Of a DNA stretch of 64,000 bases, positions 10,012-19,776 are shown one piece after another. The notes under the pieces were generated by a model. That model had not been told where the DNA came from. It saw only the letters and a list, made by a program, of their open reading frames with translations, and made no database searches. A program made the position numbers and the translations under genes. Source of the DNA: Bacteroidia bacterium (GTDB lineage: Bacteria > Bacteroidota > Bacteroidia > NS11-12g > UBA9320); the NCBI GenBank assembly GCA_965216465.1, contig CBDCFW010000006.1, forward strand, positions 550,055 through 614,054. Reading direction: 5' to 3'. The first letter of the stretch is position 1. Each line of letters begins with the position of its first letter.

Positions 10012-11082
10012 ATGTTAGACAAGCTCGAGGCCATACATGCCCGGTATAAAGAGGTTGAATTGCTGCTAAGCAGTCCTGAAATTGCTTCGGATATGAAGAA
10101 GTTCACTAAACTTAACAAGGAGTATAGTGATTTGAAGCAAATTGATGAGAAGTATTTTGAATACAAAAACCTGCTCTCTAATTTGGCTGAAGCCAAGGAG
10201 ATGCTTGAAATGAGCGATGATCCTGAAATGAAGGAGCTTGCAAAGGAAGAATTCGAGAGCTTATCAGAAAAACAAGCACCCCTAGAAGAGGAAATCAAAA
10301 TTCTATTGATTCCCAAAGATCCTGAAGATGATAAAAACGCTATTCTAGAAATTCGTGCCGGTACTGGTGGAGACGAAGCAAGTTTGTTTGCTGGAGATCT
10401 TTACCGAATGTATGCCAAATACTTCGACCAGAAAGGGTGGAGATATGAGGTAATGGACACTACCGAAGGGACTGTCGGAGGATACAAGGAAATAATCTTG
10501 AAAATCGAAGGAACCGAAATCTTCGGTAACTTAAAGTATGAAGCCGGCGTTCATCGTGTTCAGCGTGTACCAGACACTGAAACTCAAGGAAGAGTTCATA
10601 CATCAGCGGCAACAGTTGCTGTGCTTCCTGAAGTTGAAGAGGTAGATGTTCAAATCAATCCTGCTGATATTGAAATGCAAACTTCAAGATCAGGAGGTGC
10701 TGGAGGTCAAAATGTAAACAAGGTTGAAACCAAGGTTCAGCTTACGCACAAACCGACCGGTATTGTTGTAGTATGTCAAATTGAGCGTTCTCAACTTGGC
10801 AATAGAGAAAGAGCTATGGAGATGTTGCGGGCTAAGCTTTACGACATTGAATTGGTGAAACGAAATGGAGACATTGCTGCTAAAAGAAAGACTATGGTTT
10901 CTACCGGAGACCGGTCGGCAAAAATCAGAACTTACAACTACCCTCAAGGAAGGGTAACAGATCACCGTATCAATCTGACACTCTACAATTTACCTGGAGT
11001 AATGAACGGCGATATCGACGAAATAATCAGCCAATTAAAAATGGCAGAAAATGCAGAAAAACTTAAGGTCGGAGGCTTATAA
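10012..11082 (+). CDS. prfA: Peptide chain release factor 1
   Basis: GGQ loop [16 protein letters not shown]1-type segment [15 protein letters not shown]. 356 aa. Confidence 0.95.
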   Translation: MLDKLEAIHARYKEVELLLSSPEIASDMKKFTKLNKEYSDLKQIDEKYFEYKNLLSNLAEAKEMLEMSDDPEMKELAKEEFESLSEKQAPLEEEIKILLIPKDPEDDKNAILEIRAGTGGDEASLFAGDLYRMYAKYFDQKGWRYEVMDTTEGTVGGYKEIILKIEGTEIFGNLKYEAGVHRVQRVPDTETQGRVHTSAATVAVLPEVEEVDVQINPADIEMQTSRSGGAGGQNVNKVETKVQLTHKPTGIVVVCQIERSQLGNRERAMEMLRAKLYDIELVKRNGDIAAKRKTMVSTGDRSAKIRTYNYPQGRVTDHRINLTLYNLPGVMNGDIDEIISQLKMAENAEKLKVGGL

Positions 11083-11149
11083 ACAACTACTGTTGGTATT
11101 TTGTTGGCACTAGAATTTACGTCCAGACCTTTTATGCATTATGTTAATT

Positions 11150-11157
11150 TACTTTTG
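11150..11157 (+). promoter_or_regulatory. -7 box TACTTTTG for glnA
   Basis: TAnnTTTG match with 21 nt separating it from the ATG at 11179. Confidence 0.4.
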
Positions 11158-11178
11158 ACCATACTATATCATTAAACA

Positions 11179-13338
11179 ATGAGATTTGACGCTATAAAAT
11201 CAGCCCAAAACAGAAAAGTCTTCAAAAACAAAACTGCAAAAACACCAATTCCTGAATTGTACGGAAGCAATGTTTTTGGCGACGAGGCAATGAAAAATGT
11301 CTTGAGTAAGGAAGCTTACAAATCTGTAAATTCTTCTATCAAAGAAGGAAAGGCAATTAATCGTGAAATGGCTGCACATGTTGCAGCTGGTTTAAAGAGA
11401 TGGGCTCTTTCAAAAGGAGCGACACATTACACTCACTGGTTTCAACCCTTAACAGGAGCAACAGCTGAGAAGCACGACTCTTTTTACGACCCAGACAACG
11501 GAGCTGCCATTGAAAAGTTCTCCGCTGAGAATTTAGTGCAGCAAGAGCCTGACGCATCAAGCTTACCGAATGGTGGATTGAGAAACACTTTTGAGGCTAG
11601 AGGTTATACGGCCTGGGATCCATCGTCTCCAGCCTTCATTTATGAAAACTCTACAGGGAAAACATTGTGTATCCCAACTGTTTTTGTTTCATACAATGGC
11701 GAAGCTCTAGATTACAAAGCACCACTTTTGAAATCATTGAATTTGGTAGACAAAGCAGCAACCGCGGTTTGTAAATACTTCGATACTAAAGTAACTAATT
11801 GTAAAGCGTCACTTGGTATTGAGCAAGAATATTTCTTAGTAGACGAAGCATTGTTTAATGCTCGACCTGACCTTGTACTATGCGAACGCACGTTGGTAGG
11901 TCATGCCCCTGCTAAAGGCCAGCAAATGGATGACCATTACTTTGGTTCTATTCCTGATCGTGTATTCAATTACATGTACGATTTTGAACTAGAAGCATTG
12001 AAGCTTGGAATTCCTTTGAAAACTCGTCACAATGAGGTTGCCCCAGGGCAGTTTGAATGTGCACCGATGTTCGAAGATGTAAATCTAGCCATCGACCACA
12101 ATCAATTGTTAATGGACTTGATGGATGAGGTAGCGAGAAGACATGGGTTTAGAGTGTTATTCCACGAAAAGCCGTTTGCAGGAGTTAATGGCTCAGGAAA
12201 ACACAACAATTGGTCTTTGATCACAAACACTGGAGTAAATCTTCTTTCTCCTGGAGACAATCCTGATTCAAATCTTCTGTTCTTAACTGCTTTCATTAAT
12301 ACAATCAAAGCGGTACATGACAACTCAGATATTATCAGAGCTAGTATCGCGTCATCGTCAAATGACCATAGATTGGGTGCAAACGAAGCACCTCCGGCTA
12401 TCATTTCGGTATTTATCGGGTCTACCCTAACCAAAGTACTTGAAGCTTTTGAAAAAGATACCAAATCAAGCAATGAATCAGGCAGAACAATTTTAATTGA
12501 TAAGATTCCAGAAATTATTGCTGATAATACGGACAGAAATAGAACTTCACCTTTCGCCTTTACTGGAAATAAATTTGAGTTAAGAGCAGTTGGGTCAAAC
12601 ACCAACTCTGCTCAACCAATGACAGTTCTAAATTCTGCCGTAGGTAACCAACTTATTGATTTTAAGAAGAAGGTTGATGCTCGAATCGAAAAAGGAACAA
12701 GCAAGAAGCAAGCTATCATTGCTGAGTTAAAAGCAACGCTAAAAGCTTCTAAGAAAATTCTTTTTGAAGGAAACAACTACAGCGATGAGTGGGCTGCTGA
12801 AGCCAAGAAAAGAGGTTTAAGCAACATCAAGAACACTCCAGAATCGTTGAAAGCGTATGTTAGTAAGCAAGCAATCAAAACCTTTGTAGACAATAACATT
12901 TTTACCAAAGAAGAACTTCATGCTCGTCTTGAAATCATGTACGAAGAGTATACGAAGAAAATTCAAATCGAGGGAAGAGTGCTGGGTGAAATGGTTTACA
13001 CTTACATACTTCCTCCTTCAATTGAGTATCTAACTACGTTGGCAAATAATGTTAAAGCTTTAAAAGATGCAGGATTAAAATCAGGCAAATCTCAAACTGA
13101 CTTGATTAAAGCGATTGCAGATCATATCGATCAGGCTAAAGCAAAGACTGATAAAATGACCGAAGAGCGTAAAAAAGCCAACAGAATGAAAGACATCGAG
13201 AAAATGGCTATTGCCTACAACAAAAAGGTGAAAGAATCATTTGATGACATTCGTAAGCATATCGACAAATTAGAGCTTCTTGTAGACGATCAACTTTGGC
13301 AATTGCCAAAATACAGAGAGTTGCTATTTATCAAGTAA
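11179..13338 (+). CDS. glnA: Glutamine synthetase, type III
   Basis: 719 aa, the length class of GSIII. N-terminal HYTHWFQPLTGATAEKHDSF and catalytic-region HNEVAPGQFE segments are typical of Bacteroidota GlnN-type enzymes. Confidence 0.93.
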   Translation: MRFDAIKSAQNRKVFKNKTAKTPIPELYGSNVFGDEAMKNVLSKEAYKSVNSSIKEGKAINREMAAHVAAGLKRWALSKGATHYTHWFQPLTGATAEKHDSFYDPDNGAAIEKFSAENLVQQEPDASSLPNGGLRNTFEARGYTAWDPSSPAFIYENSTGKTLCIPTVFVSYNGEALDYKAPLLKSLNLVDKAATAVCKYFDTKVTNCKASLGIEQEYFLVDEALFNARPDLVLCERTLVGHAPAKGQQMDDHYFGSIPDRVFNYMYDFELEALKLGIPLKTRHNEVAPGQFECAPMFEDVNLAIDHNQLLMDLMDEVARRHGFRVLFHEKPFAGVNGSGKHNNWSLITNTGVNLLSPGDNPDSNLLFLTAFINTIKAVHDNSDIIRASIASSSNDHRLGANEAPPAIISVFIGSTLTKVLEAFEKDTKSSNESGRTILIDKIPEIIADNTDRNRTSPFAFTGNKFELRAVGSNTNSAQPMTVLNSAVGNQLIDFKKKVDARIEKGTSKKQAIIAELKATLKASKKILFEGNNYSDEWAAEAKKRGLSNIKNTPESLKAYVSKQAIKTFVDNNIFTKEELHARLEIMYEEYTKKIQIEGRVLGEMVYTYILPPSIEYLTTLANNVKALKDAGLKSGKSQTDLIKAIADHIDQAKAKTDKMTEERKKANRMKDIEKMAIAYNKKVKESFDDIRKHIDKLELLVDDQLWQLPKYRELLFIK

Positions 13339-13363
13339 TTACGATTATTTAATATACAGATTA

Positions 13364-13396
13364 CCCCTTCAGTACATAATTATTGGAGGGGTTTTT
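13364..13396 (+). terminator. Rho-independent terminator after glnA
   Basis: 8-bp stem CCCCTTCA (13364-13371) / TGGAGGGG (13384-13391) with one G-U pair, 12-nt loop, then TTTTT (13392-13396). Confidence 0.75.
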
Positions 13397-13464
13397 CGTT
13401 TAATACTAACTTTTATTTGTTTTTAGGTACAGAATTTTTGATTTTTGACGTTTCTAAATTCGTA

Positions 13465-16056
13465 ATGCATTTGAAACTAAGATACTATACAAAAGCTCTT
13501 TCTCTCTTTCTTTTAGTCGGCTTGATCTCTGCGTGTGGAGGCCCAACCATGAAAAAGGCCAATGAGGCAATGGAGAAGAAGGAATATGCCAAAGCTGCTG
13601 ACATGTATGATAAGCTTGCTGGTAATCCTGATACTGAGAAGGAAGATAAGCAAACAGCATCGTTCAGGGGTGCAGAATGCTACCGCTTGGTACACAAGCC
13701 TAAATCAGCATTAAAATTATACAATAAAGCACTTAAGTATGGTGTTCAGGATCCTGTTGTATTATATCGTATTGGAGACATGCACAAGCAACATGGCGAA
13801 TACGAATTGGCGATAGAAGCCTTCAAAAAGTATCAAAAAGAAGTTCCAGAAGACGAGCGCGTAGAAGCAATGATTCAAGGATGTGAAGATGCATTAACTT
13901 GGAAAGAAGAGCCAACACGTTATACGGTTAACGAATTTAAACCCGCAAATCATAAAAGTGCCGACGACTTTTCACCCATGTGGGCAGATCGTAAGCAAAA
14001 ATCAATCATGTTTACTTCTGACCGCCCAGAAGGGGTAAGTAAGGAAGATTATACAATGACCATGAGAATGCATACCGATGTTTGGGTTGTGAAAAAAGAA
14101 GGAAGCAGAGGGAAAGTTAAGTGGGGAAATGCAGAAGTTGTTGAAGGATTAAACACCAAATACAACGACGGTGTTATTGCCTTTAACAAAAGAATGTCGA
14201 AAATGTACGTTACCCAATGTAACGGTGAAGACGGAAAAGAGCTTAACTGTAAAATATATGAAGCTCGTAAAGTTGGTAAAGGATGGGAAATGAATCCTGA
14301 ACCACTTGATTTTTGTAAAGGACCAGGAAATGAAAAATGGAACTACGGTCATCCTGTTTTAGCAAATGGTGACAAAACCATGTATTTCGCTTCGGATAGA
14401 CCGGGTGGATATGGAGATACATTAGGTTTAGAGAAAACTAAGGATATCTGGATGGTAACCTATGTGAGAAGAGGTAGAACGTGGAGTGAACCAGTTAACT
14501 TGGGTCCAATGATTAATACGGAAGGAAATGAAATGTTCCCTTATGTACATACCGATGGAACACTTTACTTCTCATCTGACGGTCATCCTGGTTTAGGTGC
14601 ACTTGACATTTTTGAAACGAGAAAATCTGGTGATGGTCCTACCGATTGGGACGTTCCGAAAAATATGAAGAACCCAATTAACTCTAAAGGTGACGACTTT
14701 GGTATTATCATGGACGCAACCAAAGAGCATGGATTCTTTACCTCGAATAGAAAGAAAAATCAAGACGACATTTATGAGTTCTTTATGGAGCCTATCGAGT
14801 GTACACTTAAAGGACAAGTAACCGATTGCGACAGTGGAACTGCTATTGCAGATGCCTTAGTTTTAATCAGCAATAATGTTGATTCTTCTAAAATCAGACT
14901 GAGAACAGATAGCAAAGGTTATTACGAAACTTCATTAGGTATTAATAAAGAATATACCATCGAAGTTTCTAAGCGTTCTGATTACTATTATGATGCTAAA
15001 CCGCAATACGTTTCGACCATGGGAGTTCAAACCTCTCTTGATTGCCAGCACGTTAAAGACTTCTGCTTGAAAAACACTTGTAACGATGTTTTCGTTCTTC
15101 CAATCTATTACGATTTGGATAAGGCATTCATCCGTGAAGATGCTAAACCGATTCTTGACGACTTAATTAAAACCTTGAAAAAGTACCCAAGAATGGCTGT
15201 TGAGCTTGGATCTCATACAGACTGTAGAGCGGATTATGAATACAACAGAGCACTTTCACAAAGAAGAGCTGATTCAGCAATCGCATACTTAATCGATAAT
15301 GGAGGTTTGAATCCGTTCAGACTAGAAGCTCACGGTTACGGCGAATCTCAATTGGTAAACCATTGTGAGTGTGAAGGAACAAATGTTACTCCATGTTCTG
15401 ATGAAGAACACCAAGAAAACAGACGTACGACTGTGAAAGTTGTGAACTGTAACTTTGATGTGCTATCAATTGGCGTTGACTACAAAGAAAGAAATGATGA
15501 AGCTCTAGCAGGCAAAGGATCTATCTACAGCCCTTACTTGCTTGAAAAACAAAGAGAATACCTAACTAAAACAAAGGGTAATATCGATAGTTTCTTGAAT
15601 GCACGTGCAGTTGAAGATAGCTTGAAACTTGTTAAGCAAGAAGAAGAAGAGTTAATGGCTAAATATGATTTCATTAACTTAACGAAGTCTCGTGATAAAC
15701 TCACTTTATATGGATACATAGGAAGAAAGAAAGTGAAGTTTGTTTTCAACGGTGAAGAGAGAAGAACGTTAATTCCTCAAACTATGGTTGAGCAGTTGTT
15801 AGACAACAAAACCATTACTGTTGATGATTTCAGAAACTCAAACGACAAGATCAAATTGTCCAATGGAATGAAGGTGTTTGGTACATCATTTACCATCCCT
15901 GAATTGAAAATTGGAGATAAGGTATATACCAAAGTAAAATGTAAAATGGTTACTACCATCAAACAACCGGTTCTTGGTTTCAATGTATTTGACAAAGAAT
16001 ATGTTGACTTCGAAATCAAAGACAACAAGATCTGGCTGCTTAAAGATTTAGAATAA
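13465..16056 (+). CDS. OmpA-family multidomain lipoprotein (TPR-like, TolB-like propeller repeats, OmpA_C domain, C-terminal retropepsin-like domain lacking the catalytic Asp)
   Basis: ATG at 13465 gives MHLKLRYYTKALSLFLLVGLISAC (lipobox). WD40-like repeats FTSDRPEG, YFASDRPGGYG, YFSSDGHPGLGALDIF. OmpA_C core ELGSHTDCRADYEYNRALSQRRADSAIAYL. See the finding for the last 118 aa. Confidence 0.85.
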   Translation: MHLKLRYYTKALSLFLLVGLISACGGPTMKKANEAMEKKEYAKAADMYDKLAGNPDTEKEDKQTASFRGAECYRLVHKPKSALKLYNKALKYGVQDPVVLYRIGDMHKQHGEYELAIEAFKKYQKEVPEDERVEAMIQGCEDALTWKEEPTRYTVNEFKPANHKSADDFSPMWADRKQKSIMFTSDRPEGVSKEDYTMTMRMHTDVWVVKKEGSRGKVKWGNAEVVEGLNTKYNDGVIAFNKRMSKMYVTQCNGEDGKELNCKIYEARKVGKGWEMNPEPLDFCKGPGNEKWNYGHPVLANGDKTMYFASDRPGGYGDTLGLEKTKDIWMVTYVRRGRTWSEPVNLGPMINTEGNEMFPYVHTDGTLYFSSDGHPGLGALDIFETRKSGDGPTDWDVPKNMKNPINSKGDDFGIIMDATKEHGFFTSNRKKNQDDIYEFFMEPIECTLKGQVTDCDSGTAIADALVLISNNVDSSKIRLRTDSKGYYETSLGINKEYTIEVSKRSDYYYDAKPQYVSTMGVQTSLDCQHVKDFCLKNTCNDVFVLPIYYDLDKAFIREDAKPILDDLIKTLKKYPRMAVELGSHTDCRADYEYNRALSQRRADSAIAYLIDNGGLNPFRLEAHGYGESQLVNHCECEGTNVTPCSDEEHQENRRTTVKVVNCNFDVLSIGVDYKERNDEALAGKGSIYSPYLLEKQREYLTKTKGNIDSFLNARAVEDSLKLVKQEEEELMAKYDFINLTKSRDKLTLYGYIGRKKVKFVFNGEERRTLIPQTMVEQLLDNKTITVDDFRNSNDKIKLSNGMKVFGTSFTIPELKIGDKVYTKVKCKMVTTIKQPVLGFNVFDKEYVDFEIKDNKIWLLKDLE

Positions 16057-16070
16057 AGTTATCGTCAAAA

Positions 16071-17225
16071 TTGAGTAGATACGAAAAAAGAGGAGTTTCC
16101 TCTCAAAAAGAAGATGTCCATAAGGCTATCTCAAATGTAGATAAGGGACTGTTTCCAAATGCTTTTTGTAAGATAGTTGAAGATGTTATTGGAGGTGATG
16201 ACGCATTCTGTAACATTGTTCACGCTGATGGGGCCGGAACTAAATCGTCTCTTGCCTATCTCTATTGGAAGGAAACCGGAGATCTTTCAGTTTGGAAAGG
16301 TATAGCACAAGATGCGTTGGTAATGAATACCGACGACATCATTTGCACAGGAGCAACCGGACCATTTTTACTTTCGAATACGATAGGAAGAAACAAACAC
16401 TTGGTGCCAGGGGAGGTAATCAAAGCTATTATTGACGGATTTGAAGAATGCATCGACAATCTCAATGATTTTGGTGTTAGCATTAAGTTTACTGGGGGTG
16501 AAACTGCAGACGTTGGGGACTTGGTTAAAACGTTAATCGTAGATAGCACAGTAGCATGTCGACCAAAACGCTCCGAAATAATGGAAGTTGATATTCAAGA
16601 TGGTGATGTTATTGTTGGATTCTCGTCTTCGGGTCAAGCATCGTATGAGCATCAATACAATTCAGGAATTGGTTCGAATGGACTCACTTCTGGTCGACAC
16701 GATTTGATTGACCACTCCTATTATGCTAAATATCCGGAAACTTTTGATATCAATACTGACGAAGAGTATATCTACTCTGGCCAGTTTAAGCTAACCGACA
16801 AGTTAGAAGGTACACCGTTGGATATTGGCAAAGCATTATTGTCTCCTACTCGTACCTACGCACCTATTATAAAAAAGATGCTTTCTAGTGCTGAAATGAA
16901 GAATGAAATTCACGGAATGATTCATTGTACAGGAGGTGCACAAACCAAGGTTATGAAGTTTCTTGACAAGCCTTTGCACATTAATAAGTCATCTTTACTT
17001 GAAATTCCACCATTATTCAAGACCATACACGAAACCACAGGTACTCCTCTGAAAGAAATGTATGAAGTATTCAATATGGGGCATCGATTAGAAGTATATT
17101 GTTCTAAATCTATTGCTAATGAACTAGTTAGCCTTGCGTCTGACTTCAATATAGACGCGAAAGTAATTGGAGAATGCAGCCAAAGCGATAAGCCACAATT
17201 GACAATTAATGGTATAGATTACTAG
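16071..17225 (+). CDS. AIR synthase-related protein (PurM-like fold)
   Basis: 384 aa. N-terminus RGVSSQKEDVHKAISNVDKGLFPNAFCKIV matches the conserved Bacteroidota AIR-synthase-related family as I remember it. TTG start. Confidence 0.75.
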   Translation: MSRYEKRGVSSQKEDVHKAISNVDKGLFPNAFCKIVEDVIGGDDAFCNIVHADGAGTKSSLAYLYWKETGDLSVWKGIAQDALVMNTDDIICTGATGPFLLSNTIGRNKHLVPGEVIKAIIDGFEECIDNLNDFGVSIKFTGGETADVGDLVKTLIVDSTVACRPKRSEIMEVDIQDGDVIVGFSSSGQASYEHQYNSGIGSNGLTSGRHDLIDHSYYAKYPETFDINTDEEYIYSGQFKLTDKLEGTPLDIGKALLSPTRTYAPIIKKMLSSAEMKNEIHGMIHCTGGAQTKVMKFLDKPLHINKSSLLEIPPLFKTIHETTGTPLKEMYEVFNMGHRLEVYCSKSIANELVSLASDFNIDAKVIGECSQSDKPQLTINGIDY

Positions 17226-17282
17226 GAATTATAAGCCCTATGTCATTTTTTAAATACTGGATTTTTAATCCATGATATTGAC

Positions 17283-17290
17283 TATATTTG
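17283..17290 (+). promoter_or_regulatory. -7 box TATATTTG for the Omp28-like gene
   Basis: TAnnTTTG match 29 nt upstream of the ATG at 17320. Confidence 0.4.
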
Positions 17291-17319
17291 ACGACCTTAA
17301 ATTATATTAAATAATAGAA

Positions 17320-18234
17320 ATGAAAAAATTACTTTTACTAGCATTTATCTCTGCATTCGTATTTGTAGGATGTGGTGACAAGACTGATGATCCTTCAGGA
17401 GGTGGTGATAAAGCACCAACAACTTATACTTCTAAGGCATTATTAGAGTATTTCAGTGGAACTTGGTGTCCATACTGCCCAGACGGGAAAAAATTATCAC
17501 TAGAAGTTAAAGATAGAGTTCCTGCGGGATCTTATACTTCAGTTGTATACCACAACAACGACCAAATGGATAACATCTACGACGATGCTATTGACAGTAA
17601 GTTTGCTGCTGGTTACCCAACTGGTATGATTAACAGAATTGGTGGTGAAGCAGGTAGCAGATACACTCCTGAAATCAACCAAATTCAATCTTGGGCTCAA
17701 TACGATCCAGATTTACATAACAAATGGTTAAAGCAAGCTAAAGCGGTTCAAGCTGAAGCAGCTAAATGTGGTCTTGCTATTGACGCTTCTGATAAAGTTG
17801 GAAGTACTGTAAACATCGAAGTAAAATTAGGTGTTGGTGCTGAAGCTCTTCCAGAAGGAAACTACTTCCTAACTGTTCTTGTTGTTGAAGATGCAATGAC
17901 TGGATCAGGTCAAGGATGGGATCAAAGAAACGGATATAACAACGCTCAAGGTCACGCTTACCAAGGTAAAGGTGATCCATGGACTGGATATGTACACGAC
18001 AATGTTGTAAGAAACGTATTAACTGCTCCTTTAGGAGATGAAATTCCTACTGAAAATGTAGCAGCTGGTGCAATTTCTACTTACAACTTCACTACTGACA
18101 TCCAAGGATTAGGTGATGACCTAACAATAGTAGCATTCATCAGTGAGTACACTGAAACTCTTACTGCTGGAACTACTTCTTTTGTTTACAACATGCAAAC
18201 TGCTGCTGTTGGAAGCAACCAAGCTTGGGACTAA
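17320..18234 (+). CDS. Omp28-related outer-membrane lipoprotein with thioredoxin-like CxxC
   Basis: Lipoprotein signal MKKLLLLAFISAFVFVGC. FSGTWCPYCPDG (CPYC redox-type motif). 304 aa. Confidence 0.65.
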   Translation: MKKLLLLAFISAFVFVGCGDKTDDPSGGGDKAPTTYTSKALLEYFSGTWCPYCPDGKKLSLEVKDRVPAGSYTSVVYHNNDQMDNIYDDAIDSKFAAGYPTGMINRIGGEAGSRYTPEINQIQSWAQYDPDLHNKWLKQAKAVQAEAAKCGLAIDASDKVGSTVNIEVKLGVGAEALPEGNYFLTVLVVEDAMTGSGQGWDQRNGYNNAQGHAYQGKGDPWTGYVHDNVVRNVLTAPLGDEIPTENVAAGAISTYNFTTDIQGLGDDLTIVAFISEYTETLTAGTTSFVYNMQTAAVGSNQAWD

Positions 18235-18254
18235 TTTATATACTATATTAAAAT

Positions 18255-18282
18255 GCCTCGCCTTCGGGCGGGGCTTTTTTTT
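18255..18282 (+). terminator. Strong rho-independent terminator
   Basis: GCCTCGCC (18255-18262), TTCG tetraloop, GGCGGGGC (18267-18274): 8 bp with one G-U pair. Followed by T8 (18275-18282). Confidence 0.9.
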
Positions 18283-18288
18283 GACCTC

Positions 18289-19320
18289 ATGCAAGATATT
18301 CGACAATTATCAAAAGAAGAACTTCAAGAAGTTTGCATAGCTCTAGGAGAAAAAAAGTTTAGAGCAAAACAACTCTGGGAGTGGCTATGGCAAAAGGGTG
18401 TAACTTCTTTTGACGACATGAGTAATCTTTCGAAATCTTTTCGTGAGAGTCTTAAGGCTGAGTATACCATTAATGGCGTTCAAATTGCCAATTCTCAGCA
18501 AAGCAACGATGGTACCATCAAGTATGCATTCAAGCTCAATGACGGCTTCTTAGTTGAAGGAGTACTAATACCATCAAAAGATAGAGTTACAGCCTGCATA
18601 TCTTCTCAGGTAGGATGCAGTTTAAGCTGCACATTCTGTGCAACTGGCTTCCTAAAGCGTGAACGCAACTTACGATCAGATGAAATATTTGATCAAGTTG
18701 TTTTACTTAAAAGAGAAGCTGAAAAAGCTTATAATCTTAACCTAAGCAACATTGTACTTATGGGCATGGGTGAACCTTTACTCAACTACGCAAACGTAAA
18801 TTCGGGTATTGAAAAAATCACTTCACCAGATGGCTTAGGAATGTCACCTCAACGAATTACCCTATCAACCGCAGGCATCGCTAAGATGATTAAAAAGCTC
18901 GGGGACGACGGAGTTCGATACAACCTGGCTCTCTCATTGCATGCCGCAAATAATGAAAAGAGAAGTTCTATTATGCCAATCAATGACAGCAATTCACTTG
19001 AAGATTTAATTGAAGCTTTGAACTACTTCTACGATAAAACTGGTACTCGGGTGACCTTAGAGTACTGTGTAATTAATGACATTAATGACGACAACCAAGA
19101 AGCTCAAGAACTTGTAGATTTTGCTCGTCAAATAAGATGTAAGATTAATTTAATCGAGTATAACCCAATAGATTTGGCTGAATTCGAGGCCAGTTCAATT
19201 GAAAAGGTAGAACGATTCGCTGCCTACCTCGAAAAAAATAAATTGATTGTAAACGTGCGCAGAAGCCGTGGTAAAGATATTGATGCAGCATGCGGACAAC
19301 TGGCTAATAAACTAGCTTAA
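18289..19320 (+). CDS. rlmN: 23S rRNA/tRNA (adenine-C2)-methyltransferase, radical SAM
   Basis: CX3CX2C cluster motif CSLSCTFCATG. Family-typical FRAKQLWEWLW start. ATG at 18289 chosen because the ORF-track start (18253) runs through the terminator hairpin. Confidence 0.93.
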   Translation: MQDIRQLSKEELQEVCIALGEKKFRAKQLWEWLWQKGVTSFDDMSNLSKSFRESLKAEYTINGVQIANSQQSNDGTIKYAFKLNDGFLVEGVLIPSKDRVTACISSQVGCSLSCTFCATGFLKRERNLRSDEIFDQVVLLKREAEKAYNLNLSNIVLMGMGEPLLNYANVNSGIEKITSPDGLGMSPQRITLSTAGIAKMIKKLGDDGVRYNLALSLHAANNEKRSSIMPINDSNSLEDLIEALNYFYDKTGTRVTLEYCVINDINDDNQEAQELVDFARQIRCKINLIEYNPIDLAEFEASSIEKVERFAAYLEKNKLIVNVRRSRGKDIDAACGQLANKLA

Positions 19321-19707
19321 AAAACGCGAACGTTCTTCTTCTGAAGGCAATCTACATACCGCTCTCTTTCCAAACCACTTGTATCGATTTCGAGCAACCC
19401 AACGATAAAACCAATTGCGAATGGGTCTAGGAAAAATCCAGAATATTCTTAAAAATTGAAATGGCCACTTTAAGAATGCCACCAGTTTTAAAGCTGCATC
19501 TGATTCAACCCATGCATTTCTCCCATCGAAGTAAACTATACTGTCTTTCTCGGCCAGAAAAGGGAACTCTGATATCAACTTTGCTCCATGATCCGATTGA
19601 AGTGATGAAAATTTAAGCCTGCTTCCATTCTCGTACTTCATCAAAAAATTCACCGAGGAGTTACATAAATTGCAAACACCATCAAAATATACCACACGAT
19701 CGCTCAT
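19312..19707 (-). CDS. Thiol-disulfide oxidoreductase DCC family protein (DUF393)
   Basis: VYFDGVCNLCN motif near the N-terminus. ATG at 19707 preferred over TTG at 19722. Its 3' end overlaps the rlmN 3' end by 9 nt (convergent). Confidence 0.8.
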   Translation of the reverse strand: MSDRVVYFDGVCNLCNSSVNFLMKYENGSRLKFSSLQSDHGAKLISEFPFLAEKDSIVYFDGRNAWVESDAALKLVAFLKWPFQFLRIFWIFPRPIRNWFYRWVARNRYKWFGKRAVCRLPSEEERSRFLS

Positions 19708-19764
19708 TACACTGATTACCAAACAAATTTAAGTTTCAATCCTTAATTGAACACATAGAATAAA

Positions 19765-19772
19765 TACCTTTG
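19765..19772 (+). promoter_or_regulatory. -7 box TACCTTTG immediately upstream of the Hsp70 gene
   Basis: TAnnTTTG match ending only 4 nt before the ATG at 19777. This implies a leaderless or near-leaderless transcript if functional. Confidence 0.4.
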
Positions 19773-19776
19773 CGCA

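Noticed and set aside
12102-12605. 167-aa minus-strand ORF
   Set aside because: It is antisense inside type III glutamine synthetase. It has no start context or recognisable motif.
18253-18288. ORF-track N-terminal extension of rlmN (MPRLRAGLFFDL)
   Set aside because: These codons are the stem-loop and T-tract of the strong terminator at 18255-18282. The ATG at 18289 gives the family-typical N-terminus.
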